Shown in pieces: positions 1 through 12,710 of a DNA stretch of 64,000 nt. A program made the position numbers and the translations under genes. Below the pieces are notes generated by a model. It was not told where the DNA came from, did no database searches, and saw only the letters and a program-made list of their open reading frames with translations. Every line of letters begins with the position of its first letter. Position 1 is the first letter of the stretch. Location: assembly GCF_009914755.1 (NCBI RefSeq), contig NC_060939.1; one strand, written 5' to 3'. Source of the DNA: the human T2T-CHM13v2.0 reference genome, Homo sapiens.

Positions 1-33
1 AGGCTACTGCCCTGATGTTGTTTGTTTTGTTAG

Positions 34-159
34 GTTTTTAAGAAAAAGAAAGGAAAAGACTACGCTGTGGAAAATACAGTAGATTCACTTGATTGCCAAA
101 CAGTTGTTAAACAAATAAAACAGATCTCAAATCATCTTCGACAATAACAAAGCCAAGAG
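34..159 (+). other. Candidate spliced exon (126 nt)
   Basis: TTGTTTTGTTAG acceptor (AG at 32-33); GAG|GTAAGG donor (GT at 160-161); non-repetitive sequence. Confidence 0.4.
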
Positions 160-306
160 GTAAGGGCAGAAAATACATCACATAATGTTTAATCAAAGAC
201 ATACGTGTATCCTTTACTTCGCAGCACAAATTCAAAACCTTTTGTTAAAATAGAAAACAAGTTACTCAGTTTCATTTTCATTCTCATTGTTTTGTTTCAT
301 TCTCAG

Positions 307-330
307 TGACTGGCCAGCAGCAGCCTCAAG
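307..330 (+). other. Candidate 24-nt micro-exon or acceptor
   Basis: Long pyrimidine tract ending TTCTCAG (AG at 305-306); weak AAG|GTACAG donor. Confidence 0.25.
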
Positions 331-689
331 GTACAGGATCTCTAAGTAAACACAAGAGATAACGGACACATATTTATTAAGGGCCTAGTACATTCCTAGT
401 TTTTAGTGAGATGCCATGATGTTCAGAGCCTGATATTAACTGGAAACTTGTAACATAGATGTGTGGGGAAATAGAAATCAAGATTTCTGATGTTAACATC
501 TTATTGTAAATACCTATTTCCAGAAATGAATAGAATTAGTTAGGAACACCAGACTTAAACTTGGCTTCCAAGGATTCATTGTGCATGCATGTCCCTGAGG
601 TTGCATTTATTTATTTACAAATTTTAGAATAAAGAAGTCACTGTACTTATAATGTGGATTGTTCTGGAAGATCAGAGATGAAAACCAGT

Positions 690-1550
690 ACTTTATTTTG
701 GTACTCTGGGAGATTAGAGACATAGGAATGATGAGTAATGATTTGCATTTTCCATGAGTATATAGTAGTTTTTAGGCTAGGGTAGACTTTTCATCTGAGA
801 AGATCCCTCCTGAAGAAGCAAGTTGAAAGAATATAACAAATTTATCTTGACATTTCTTGAATTTGATGCTTGCCAGACAACCAGGTAGAGATATCAGTGG
901 ATGGACAGTTGTATACATGAGTTGTGGGTGAGATCAAGACTAAACAGATTTGTTGAAACTATGAGAAAGGATAGAAAAGTGTGCATAATGAGAAGAGACA
1001 GTAAGAGGGAACCCCAAAAAACACTAAGATGAAATGATTGCTGGAAGAAAGAAGCCTATGTATGAAGTAGAGAAAGGTTAAGAAGCCTAAAATAAAATTG
1101 CTTTTTTTATGTGTCTATTTGTTTCTTTAATATTCCTTTCACCAACCCCAACATGGAGGTTCCTTCAGGGCAAGGACTTTACCAATCTTGCTCACAGGTG
1201 TACCTGGAATATAATAGAAAGCCAAATAAATATTTATTTACAAATAAAAAGGAGTGGATAGATAAAAGGAAAACAGAGAGAGTGTAGTACCCTTTCCTAT
1301 TCAACAGGAATATGGAAGTAAACCCTAACAAAGGAGAATATTAAAAATGCAGTATAGCAGAGAGAAGTCGTAATTCAAGGACGGGAAAAACATAAAGTAG
1401 ACTTACCAATTAGGAGGTCATTGGTGATTGGCTAAGAGATCTTTTGACACAACATTGGGAGCAGAAACTGGATTGCTAAACACTGAACAAGGAAAGAAGG
1501 TGATAAATCTGGGCTGCTGAATGTAGAATTTATTTTCAAGGAGTGTTTAG
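690..1550. mobile_element. Degraded L2 LINE fragments
   Basis: L2-like purine-rich stretches; L2 3'-end-like motif at about 1155-1240 (CAGGGCAAGGACT...CAAATAAATATTT). Confidence 0.5.
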
Positions 1551-1564
1551 ATAACAAGAGCTTA

Positions 1565-1938
<374 letters not shown>

Positions 1939-2401
1939 CTATTTACTGGCTATGGATGGAGTTGAGCACCTCAGGTGATGCAACATCTGAGCACCTAAGA
2001 TGTCTTGGCAGGCAAAGCATAGCAAATTACATTACACTCATGTCATGATAATTTATTAATATCTATAATCCAACACATAAGAAGTTAGAATTTTAATAGA
2101 TATTCCTTATTACAAAATGTGTGGTAATTATACAAAATACAGAAACATTAAAGAAGATAAAAACTACGCCTTTTATCCATGTTTAATATTTTATGTTGAC
2201 TTTTAAGTTCTTTTCCCCCACATATCTTTAAAAATAGAACCCTTCTTTATAGTTTTGTATGTATATATTGTCATATATGTTTTTTATCATGTGCCACACC
2301 AGTAAATATTCTTAAAATATGACTTTTAGTTGACCCCATACTAAGCCATTCTTTGGATATAAATTTATGTAACTATTCTCCGATTGGGGTGGTATTTAGG
2401 T

Positions 2402-2925
2402 TTGTGCAGGGCATTTTTCATTCTTTCGCTGACCTGGAACTTTTTAACATTCTTCCTCTATCAGAGGAATTTCCCATACTCATGTCCTAGCTCCCCAGGT
2501 AAGAAACCTTAACTTCCTCTCCCAGCCTCCCTTGCAATGAAGGTGGAGTCATGTGATTAGGCTCTATCAATCAGACACCCCCACAGGACCCTTCACCTAG
2601 GAAGAAAATGTGCTGGGAATGGGCAGATCCGCATTTGTTAACAACAGCAAGGCTGGTGTCTGGCTCTTTGGGATTGTGATGGCTGAAGTAATGGCAGTTA
2701 GAATCTAACCTAGGTGGTGTCAGCGGTGGGTTCTGTGACAAAAAACAGCAGCATAGGAGTCTTCATTGGAATGGCCCCATCATATGCCTGTAGAGCCCCT
2801 AAACGTGACTCTACGCTCCCTGGAATTCTGTGAGCCACTTGCAATAAATTTCTTTTTTGTTAAATCACTTAAAGTGGGTTCTGTTTTTGTTTGTTTGTTT
2901 GTTTGTTTAATCTAAGAATCCTAAA
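2402..2925 (+). mobile_element. ERVL LTR (LTR33/LTR16-like)
   Basis: CTCCCAGCCTCCCTTGCA...CATGTGA motif; AATAAATTTCTTTT...GGGTTCTGTT...AAGAATCCTAA terminal region; internal (GTTT)n. Confidence 0.65.
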
Positions 2926-2929
2926 GATT

Positions 2930-3350
2930 CAAAGTTATTTTTCACGTTTGGCTGAGATGAATATCTTTGTATATCCCTTTCTTTTTGCTTTTAAATTCCT
3001 TATATGATTTCTGAGTCAAATAATGTAAACATTTTTAAGTTTCTGATATAATTAACAGATTCTTGAAAGGCTTAGTATCGGAGTGGCACTATATGAAGAG
3101 TCATCTGAATGTTTTCTCACTAGCATTGAATAGTAACTCTGAAATGTTTTAATTAAATGGGCAAAAAAAGCCTTTTAGTTAATTTGTCCTTTTTTATTAC
3201 TGAGGATAGTTTCCTGTGTTTATCAGTTTTATTTTATTTTTTGTGATTTGCCTGTCAATTTGCCTCATTTCTATTAGAATGATGTAATTTTCTTATTGCT
3301 GTATAAATGTACTTTATAATTTATGATATATGACCTTTTCATGTATGTTG
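2930..3350 (-). mobile_element. Old L1M 3' fragment (further pieces at about 2100-2400 and 3670-3900)
   Basis: T-rich antisense L1 3'UTR-like phrases, split by the LTR and AluJ. Confidence 0.5.
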
Positions 3351-3352
3351 TC

Positions 3353-3665
3353 TTTTTTTTTTTTCAAGACTGGGTCTCACTCTGTCACGCAGGCTGGAGT
3401 GCAATGGCACAATCATGGCTCACTGTAGCTTCAACCTCCTGGGTTCAAGCAATTCTCCCACCTCAGCCTCCTGAGTTAGCTGGGACTATAGGAGTAACAG
3501 GGACTACAGGCACATGCCACCATGCCTGGCTAATTTTTGTATTTTTTGTAGAGTAAGGTATCATCATGTTGCTCAGACTGGTCTTGAACTCCTGAGCTCA
3601 AGCAATCCACCCATCTTGGCTTCCCAAAGGGCTGGGATTACAGGCATGAGCTGCTGCATCTGGCC
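3353..3665 (-). mobile_element. AluJ
   Basis: Poly-T followed by antisense Alu with J-type features; small internal duplication GGGACTATAGG/GGGACTACAGG; TSD-like TGTTGTC/TGTTGCC. Confidence 0.95.
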
Positions 3666-4268
3666 CTGTTGCCAAATATTTAATTATTTATTTTGGAATT
3701 TTAACTCCATTTATATTGGTTTCTGATGTGTAAAAGTTTGAAACATTTATGTGATCAAATCTACTGAATTTTCAGTTTTTTTTCATATTCTTATGCTTGC
3801 AAAGTTTTTCCTACCCAGAGACCAATTAGACATGCATCTATATTCTCTATTAGATTGATTCTTTACTTTATTCTTCCTTTATAAGAAAGATGTATAAGAA
3901 CATGTATACAAAAGTTGCTGGATGCGGGGAAGACAACCAGTGGGGGCTGGGGGTCACTGAGTTTTAGAAAGATCATTCATTAGGACCTGGAAATGCTTCA
4001 TAGCCTTAAGTTAATCATAAAAAGAAACCTGTCAGCTTTGATATCCCTTCATTGAATTTCACTTCCAGGTATGTTTTCCAAAAACACCATTTTATCATGC
4101 CCTTGACTTTCTCAAACACTTTCGGTCTTTCCCAAAACTCATGCAGATAAGAAGGACCCCCTAAAACTCAAGCATAGAATAAAAAATCCTTCCTTGATGA
4201 CCCTATTTCATCTTCTCAACCTTCCATCCATTCCAACCTTCCTCAGCCCACAGCAACATTATTCAACT

Positions 4269-4347
4269 GTTGGTTGGGTCATATGAAATTGCTGGTATTA
4301 GGCCATTTTTTCACCTAAAAATAGTCATTTCATTTGGTTCAATCTAA
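4269..4347. mobile_element. MADE2 mariner-derived MITE
   Basis: About 80-bp imperfect palindrome GGTTGGGTCATATGAAATTGC...CATTTCATTTGGTTCAATCTAA. Confidence 0.8.
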
Positions 4348-5783
4348 ATATCTGAGGAAAATGCATTCATCTCCCAATGTGATTTTCTGCATAGTCTCGA
4401 CACTGTGGAAAGCTGTCTTTTTCTTCTTCATACAGATAACCTGAAGCTGTATTCCCACTCCTGTAAACAAACTTTGCTGATTAGTGCTACCCTTGGCTCT
4501 TTCTTCACAAACCACCTCTTTAGCATTGGATGTTAACTATTTTGTGTCACCACTTGCATTGATGGATGTTATGGTTCCTGAAATCCTATAAAGAAACACC
4601 TTACTTTGTAATTACGTATGTGAAAAACCACTACTCTCCGCTGTCCCCTCTGAAGTCCCTGTTATTGTTGCCAGATGAGCATTTTCCACTTTCCAGTGAT
4701 GTGCTCCTACAAGCATGGGACAGATGAAAGGCATTTGGGTGAATGTCCTTAAGCTGTCATCTCTCTGGACCTATCCTGAGGCCAATTTCTACAACGGAGA
4801 ACTCAGGCATGCTGTGGGGCAGGTATTGAGCATGACAGTTCTCTGAGAGCTCTCAAAAGTAAACAGATTTTAGACAACAAGATAAAATACCTGTGGAATG
4901 AAATACAGAAAACTATATTGTGAGGCAGACTCTTTCGCCAAACCAGTGGCCTTAGGCTAGGGCACAAGTGAAGGCCAGGAAGCAGAAAGAGAAGCCAGGG
5001 AGAGCTGGGAATTACATGTGAGAGAGGGGATTCAGAACAAGGTGGGCTTCGAACACTAGGCACGATGTGCAGAGTTGCTTGTGGACAGAGCCCAGCATGG
5101 ACTTTTCGGGTTAGGACTGGGGATGTGGATAGGGGAGTGGAGCACACACCAGGTATACCAGGTGTGCCAGATGGGCTAGGGATGCTAAGGGATTAATAGA
5201 GAAGTAAAATGGAAGATGACAACAAAAACAACGACAGCAATAAAATGGGCATCATACTTTAATGGAAATTGTGGATTTAGAAAGACAAAAGGAAAACCAA
5301 CAATGAAAAGAAGAAATTTTCTAAAGAGACAATACCAGTGGCCAATTTCTAGTAAGAGTTCATGTAACGGTGACACCTTTCTGTTTTTTTCGTAACATTC
5401 CACCACATAACCCATTGTTTAAAAACTAACTCAGTAGCATGTTAATAATTCCATTATCTGCAGAATCATTATATTAACAAGAAGCCCCTTGAAACAATTA
5501 GAGAATGTGCTGCTATTGACTATCAGTCATTCACACCTTTATGGTTTATGGAAATGCTTTTCTTCTTGTACATATATGATTTTAAGCCTCTAAGGTAATC
5601 TGTGCTGTTTTGGGGGATCCCTGGAAAGAAATGGCATTTAGAAAGGAGGGGGAAACTCTGGTCAAATTTTAGAGCTTCATGAGAACTTCATCTTTCTGGG
5701 GAAAAGAATTACTGGAATTTTGAAAGAGAGGGTGTAGAATGGGACCAAAGTGTTGAGTTCAACTTAGTTTCTCATATTTCTTT

Positions 5784-6912
5784 TATTTAAATTTTGTATT
5801 TTTTTCTGTTACTTGAAACTTAAAACATTTTATTTTTTAATTTAGTTTTTAATTTTATTTTTCCATAAGTTATTGGCGTACAGGTGGTATTTGGTTACAT
5901 AAGTAAATTCTTTAGTGTGATTTGTGAGATTTTGGTGCACCCATCACCCAAGCATTGCACCATATTTGTAGTCGCTTATCCTTCACCGTCCTCCCACTCT
6001 CCCCGCCAAGCCCCCAAAGCCCATTGTATCATTCTTATGCCTTATGTCCTCATAGCTTAGCTCCCACACATCAGTGAGAACATACGATGTTTGGTTTTCC
6101 ATTCCTGAGTTTACTTCACTTAGAATAATAGTCTCCAATCTCATCCAGGTCACTGCAAATGCTGTTAATTCATTCTTTTTTGTGGCTGAGTAGTATTCCA
6201 TCACATGGAATACACAGTTTCTTTATCCACTTGTTGATTGATGGGCATTTGGGTTGGTTCCATGATTTTGCAATTGCAAATTGTGCTGCTATAAACATGC
6301 GTGTGCAAGTATCTTTTTCGAATAATGACTTCTTCTCCTCTGGGTAGATACCCAGTAGTGGGACTACTGGATTAAATGGTAGTTCTACTTTTAGTTCTTT
6401 AAGGAATCTCCATACTGTTCTCCACTGCAGCTGTACTAGTTTACATTCCCACCAACAGTGTACATGTGTTCCCTGACCACTGCATCCATGCCAATATCTA
6501 CTGTTTTTTGATTTTTTTATTATGACCATTCTTGCAGGAGTAATGTGGTGTCATTGTATGGTTTTGATTTGCACTTCCCTGATTGTTAGTGATGTTGAGC
6601 ATTTTTTCATGTTTGTTGGCCATTTGTATATCTTCTTTTAAAAATTGTTTATTCATGTACTTAGCCCACTTTTTGATGGGATTGTTTGTTTTTTTCTTAC
6701 TGATTTGTTTGAGTTCTTTGTAGATTCTGGATACTAGTCCTTCGTCAGATGTACAGATTGCGAAGATTTTCTCCCACTCTGTGGGTTGTCTGTTTACTCT
6801 GATGACTGTTCCTTTTGCCGTGCAAAAGCTCTTTAGTTTAATTAGGTCAAGGATTTCATGACCAAGAACCCAAAAGCAAATGCAATAAAAACAAAGATAA
6901 ATAGCTGGGACC
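5784..6912 (-). mobile_element. L1PB (L1PB1-like), 5'-truncated with 5' inversion
   Basis: Antisense 3'UTR and ORF2 C-terminus ([10 protein letters not shown] motif) at about 5850-6847; opposite-orientation ORF2 piece at 6847-6912; 19-bp TSD TAGTTTCTCATATTTCTTT at 5765-5783 and 6913-6931. Confidence 0.93.
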
Positions 6913-7209
6913 TAGTTTCTCATATTTCTTTAGGCTAAGTCTGACCAAAATAGGGAATATATGGATAGAGACCAGGGAAGGATTTTTAAATTTTTCTCTT
7001 TATCAGGCTTTCTCTAGAAAGAACTTAATTGCATTTGAGATGGGGAAGGAATTACAAAGTATTTTGGGAGTGAAATAGGACATTATGGCCTAGCCAGGCA
7101 AATTAACCATGTCAGTATCAGAGGATCTCAATAAGGAAGCAGCGACCTCCATGAGGCATCCTTTGAAGGGGGTGTTCAATCTGGCTATTACCATTGTTCC
7201 CTCCCACAT

Positions 7210-7315
7210 TTATTTTTGAGTCAAGGTCTCACTCTTTTACCCACGCTGGAGTGTTCACTGCTCACTACAGCCTTGACCTCCCAGGCTCAAGCGGTCCTTC
7301 TGCCTCAGCCTCCCA
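7210..7315 (-). mobile_element. AluJ right-arm fragment
   Basis: TTTTTGAGTCAAGGTCTCACTC...GCCTCAGCCTCCC. Confidence 0.85.
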
Positions 7316-7555
7316 CCTTCTCACATTTTTACTTTCCTCTAATTTTCTTGCATCCCTCCACTTATCTTTCTCCCTTCCCATAACCCTACTTCCATCTGAT
7401 CATTGCTTGCCAGGACACTGATCCTCAAAAACACTTCTGACATCTAAGAAATTTACTTCCAGCACCCTCCTCAGCTCATGGCTCTGTTTCAAGGAAGAAG
7501 TCTTAACTCCAGCAAAGCTTAGGAACTCTTAACCATTGTTTTCGTGAAAAACACA

Positions 7556-7840
7556 TTTTTTTTTTGAGGAGTCTTGCTCTGTTGCCCAGGCTGGAGTGCA
7601 GTGGCATGATCTCTGTTCACTGCAGCCTCCACCTCCTGGGTTCAAGCAATTCTCTGCCTCAGCCTCCCGAGTAGCTGGGATTACAGGCACCCACCATCAC
7701 ACCCAGCTAATTTTCATATTGTTAGTAGAGACGGGGTTTCACCATCTTGGCCAGGCTGGTCTTGAACTCCTGACCCCGTGTTCCACCCGCCTCGGCCTCC
7801 CAAAGTGCTGGGATTACAGGCGTGAGCCACCACGCCCGGC
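7556..7840 (-). mobile_element. AluS (Sg-like)
   Basis: Full antisense Alu; 15-bp TSD TGAAAAACACATTTT at 7545-7559 and 7841-7855. Confidence 0.96.
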
Positions 7841-8387
7841 TGAAAAACACATTTTCAAGGCAAAATTTTTGACTTACGTCTAGGCTGCTGGAGTATGATG
7901 CCTTCTTTGTTTGGATACAGCCTTCCTGTCTTGTTTCCAGGAAAGTATATAGCTCATCTCCAATAATCTGATTGGATTGTAAACTATTGATAATATGTTC
8001 TCTGTGTGAGGACACAAATCCTTCCCTCCCTGACTCCCTCCTGTATAGACTGTGCCTTGCACATAAATATGGAATCAGTAAATACCTGTGTGTATCTCTG
8101 AAGTGACTAGGATGGACCTAAAATCATGTGCAAATTGTACCCTAGCTTTATCGTGAGCATTCCTTCTCTGAGTTTGCCTTGGTAAGGGTAAGAACTAAAA
8201 AAAAAAAAAAAAAAAAAGAAGCCCTCCATGAGGATAAAAAGCATCATAACAACAAAGTGTTAGTATAACTCGTAACTACTTTCTCCTGCCATTCTCCATG
8301 CTTTGATTTTGATTAAACCAAAAATCCCAAGTTTCAAAAAAATCCACTTGATTTGCAAAGGCCTATTATGTAAAAAAGGAAATCGAG

Positions 8388-8682
<295 letters not shown>

Positions 8683-9659
8683 TCATTTTGAAAAATACAG
8701 GGCTTGTGTAGCTCTTACTTTTGGATGCTGCCAAAAGTAAAACAGTGTTGGGGGTTTGTCCCCTTCCTATCTGATTGGATCTTTGCTGGAGGGAGAATTA
8801 CAAGGAAGGAGAAGGTTGATCTCACTCTGGCTCCCCGAAGACTGGGTTACCAGTACTCTCTTGGGTGTGCAGTGGAGTCCTGACCCCAATATCTTCATTC
8901 CTTGCCTTGGCAGCAGCTCCTCTTGGCTAAGAGTCCATCAGCAAGCCTGACTAGATTAGAATGCAAAATATTTAACTTGCATATATTAAAGAGAAGAGTT
9001 CTTTCACATTCTGAAATCCAAAGATGAGCCATTGATATTCATTTCTAAATAAATCCCATTTTCATTATTGGGGAGAGCAGGTTATTTTGGTAACTCAAGC
9101 AGGATGACCTAATTAAAACTTGATATAAAAATTCAGCATGCCATACAGTACTTTACCTGCTCAAAGTAAACACAGACAAGCACGATTTATTTTACTGGAG
9201 CATCCCTCATGCAAAATTACTAGTGAGTATATCACAACCAATTACAGGCCACTGTATATGCAAATTATTACTCTTTCAATTATTTATAGAGAACTGTGAG
9301 TGTACACAGCCCTTTATAGAACATCAAACACAGAAGACAAGGGCTCTGAATGAGGAAATCGGAATAGCAGGGACTTTTCATGGAATGACATGGTTGGGTG
9401 ACAGAAAAACCAAATGAAATTCATTCACAAACAGTTGAAGAAGAAAATGAAAAAATAAATATATTACAAATTTGCTTTTCAGGAAAGTCAGTGGAAGCTA
9501 GTCACCAGAACAAGCATCAGCCCCATACAAATTTGGGACCATAGCAAATGTTTTTATTATGTCCTCTGGCTACCATCCCCTACACTTATCCTCCTACATT
9601 ATTTTACTGTAAGTGATGTTCTGGACTTCATTTTTAATTTAATTTTTTTTTACTCAAAC

Positions 9660-10150
9660 TTATATTCAATAAACACCCCATAAGCAAAGTTAAGAGAAAT
9701 GAAACAAACTGAAATACAATATTTGCAACACAGCTGGCAGTCAAGGTTAAATGTCTAGAATTTTTGAAACCCTGAAAATCAATGAGAAAATGACAAACTG
9801 CCACCTCCAACTCATAGACAAGTTATCTGAAAAAGCAGTTACCGTAAGAAGAAACACAAATGGTCAGTTCAGTCACACATATGAAAAGATGTTCATCATC
9901 ATCAGTAACTGGTGGGAATGTCAATTGAAGTAAGATATCCTTTTTAAATTTCAAAATGTGGTTGTATGTTGGCAATGGCAAAGGAAATTAGAAACTCTCA
10001 AGCAGCTGAGTGTATATTGGTATGGGTATTTTAGAGAAAATTGGCAGGTTTTATTTAAATTGTTTTTTGTTTACATGCATCTCCAGTGTCCCAGCCATTG
10101 CATTTCTTGTTTACCACCCAAGAATTACACTTATACTTTACTCAGGAGAT
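9660..10150 (+). mobile_element. Old L1M ORF2-end/3' fragment
   Basis: ATATTTGCAACA, AAATCAATGAGAAAATGACAAAC and ATGAAAAGATGTTCA L1 phrases. Confidence 0.65.
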
Positions 10151-10183
10151 AGGTTTAACGATGCTTTTAAAAAGATATTTAGA

Positions 10184-10495
<312 letters not shown>

Positions 10496-10509
10496 TAAAA
10501 AGATATTTC

Positions 10510-10778
10510 GAGCAGTGAAAGTACTCTCTATGCTACTTTAATGATAGATACCCGATGTTAGCATTTGGCAAAACTCATCAAACTTTAGAACACAGAGTGA
10601 CTGCCAAAGTAAATGAGGGCTTTTGCAACAATATATCAATATTTGTTCAACAATGGTAAGAAATGTACCATGCTAATGCAAGATACTAGTAATTGGAAGA
10701 AAGAGAAAATGTTGTATATGGGAACTCTCTGTACTTTCTGCTCAGTTTTTCTGTAAAACTAAAAAACTGCTCTAAAAG
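10510..10778 (+). mobile_element. L1MC 3' end
   Basis: GTATATGGGAACTCTCTGTACTTTCTGCTCAGTTTTTCTGTAAAACTAAAAAACTGCTCTAAAA terminus. Confidence 0.85.
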
Positions 10779-10780
10779 AT

Positions 10781-11052
10781 TATTTATTTTATTTTTTGAG
10801 ACAGGGTCCTGCAATATCACCTAGGTGGGAGAAGAGGGGCTCAATCACAGCTCACTGCAGCCTCAATTTCCCAGGCTCAAGTGATCCTCCAGCCTCAGTC
10901 TCCCAAGCAGCAGAGACTACAGGCATGCACCACCACGCTTGGTTAATTTTTAAATTTTTTGGAGAGATGTGGCCTCCCTGTGTTGCCCAAGCTGATCTCA
11001 AACTCATGACCTCCAGTGCTGAGATTACAGGCATGAACCACCTTGCCTGGCC
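10781..11052 (-). mobile_element. AluJ with internal deletion
   Basis: GAGACAGGGTC...ATCACAGCTCACTGCAGCCTC...CCTGGCC. Confidence 0.93.
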
Positions 11053-11331
11053 AATTATTAATTTTTCAAAAATATAAATTAGAAGCCTTTAATGCTATTT
11101 GAGATACGGTATTGCTGTTAACAACGACGATACTGACAATGGGATTACATAGAAAAAAGAAGTGTGTGTATGTATGTGTATGTGTGGGCCTACAGACAAT
11201 GGTGGTAGTAAACATTTATTTGTTTGTCTTTTCCTCTCTTTTCTAATGTAGAAATGCCTTTTCTTCAATTAAAAATTAAGCTTCTTAAGAGCTGAAAAGC
11301 TTTTGTTAATGTAGTATTCCTTTATAGTCAG

Positions 11332-11747
11332 TGATATAGTTTGAATATGTGTCTCCTTCAGATCTCATGTTGAAATTTGATGCCCAGTGTTAAAAATGGG
11401 GCCTGATGGGAGGTGTTTGGCTCATAGGGTGAATTCCTCATGAATGGCTTCGTGCCCTCCCCACAGTAGTGAGTGAGTTCTCACTCCAATCATTCATGAT
11501 ATTTTGTTTAAAGGATTGTGGCATCCTTCCCCCCACCTCTCTGTCTGGGTTGCTTTCTCATCATGTGATGCCTGCTTCCCCTTCCCCTTCCACTGTGACT
11601 GGATATTCCCTGAAGCCCTCCCCAGATGCAGATGCTGATGTCATACTTCTTGTGCAGCCTGCAGAACTGTGAGCCAAATAAAACTCTTTTCCTTATAAAT
11701 TACCCAGCGTCAGGTGTCCTTCATGGCAATGCAAATGGACTAAGAAA
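11332..11747 (+). mobile_element. MST (MSTB-like) MaLR solo LTR
   Basis: TGATATAGTTTG start; AATAAA; ...ATGGACTAAGA end; 5-bp TSD GTCAG/GTCAT. Confidence 0.9.
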
Positions 11748-11756
11748 GTCATCCTA

Positions 11757-12058
11757 GGCCAGGCGGGGTGGCTCACACCTGTAATCCCAGGATTTTGGGA
11801 GGCCAAGACAGGCGGATTGCCTGAGGTCAGGAGTTTGAAACCAGCCTGGGCGACATGGTGAAACCCCATCTCTACTAAAAATACAAAAAAAAATAGCAGA
11901 GTATGGTGGCATGCACCTGTAATCCCAGCTACTCAGGAGGCTGAGGCAGGGGAATTGCTTGAACCAGGGAGGTGGGGGTTGCAGTGAGTTGAGCATTCCA
12001 GTGACAGAGCGAGACTCCATCTCAAAAAACAAAAAAAAAAAAAAAAAAAAAAAAAGAA
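11757..12058 (+). mobile_element. AluS inserted at the LTR end
   Basis: Alu body with right-arm deletion; long A tail; TSD AAGAAAGTCATCCTA/AAGAAAGTCACCCTA. Confidence 0.96.
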
Positions 12059-12629
12059 AAGAAAGTCACCCTAAACAGAGAAATATTAATGCCATTAATG
12101 TTGCTATTATCCAGACAAATATTATAACTTAAAATCAATCAGTTTCATTTTTATATAGAATAAACCAAACATCTGTCAGAAAAAATAAAAATGACAGTAG
12201 GAAAGATTAACATAAAGATATTTTTATTTGTTTTTCTCTAAAAAGAACTTACATGTTAAAAAAGAAAAATTAAAGACAGAGAAGAGACTTTTATAATTTA
12301 TGAATTTTCTGTAAAAAATTTCTATTTCCTATATTCCTAAAACCACTTCCTTCTTCTGGCCTCCACATTTTGCCACCCCACACACCACCACATGCACACA
12401 TTTATAACCAACTCTTTTACATTCATTTAACAGTTGAGCTACAACAAGAGATGTATTTCACTGTTGTTGTGTCTCTTGTTTGTTTGTTGTTTTTTGTTCC
12501 TGGCATCATACCTCTCTTGCTTTCACCTCTTTCCTGCCTTTTCACTTATAAATCTTAATTGGACTTAGTAACATTGCCAGCTCTCTTCTGCCTCTCAGCT
12601 TCCAAGTCTTTATGTCTATCCTTCTACAG

Positions 12630-12710
12630 GGCTATAAGCCAAAGCTTCCAGACAAATTGGATGGTATATTAGCAAGTTACCGAGTAATCCTTCCATGGAA
12701 TCAAAGGACA
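12630..12710 (+). other. Candidate 81-nt exon
   Basis: TCTATCCTTCTACAG acceptor; ACA|GTAAGT donor; one open frame. Confidence 0.3.

Noticed and set aside
6170-6529. 119-aa ORF with HCWWECK motif
   Set aside because: L1 ORF2 C-terminal remnant of a truncated element
8197-8220. Isolated poly(A) run as a retrocopy tail
   Set aside because: No recognisable upstream body or TSD
11327-11331. Same GTCAG target site as the MST LTR at 57935
   Set aside because: A 5-mer seen twice is insufficient to infer target preference
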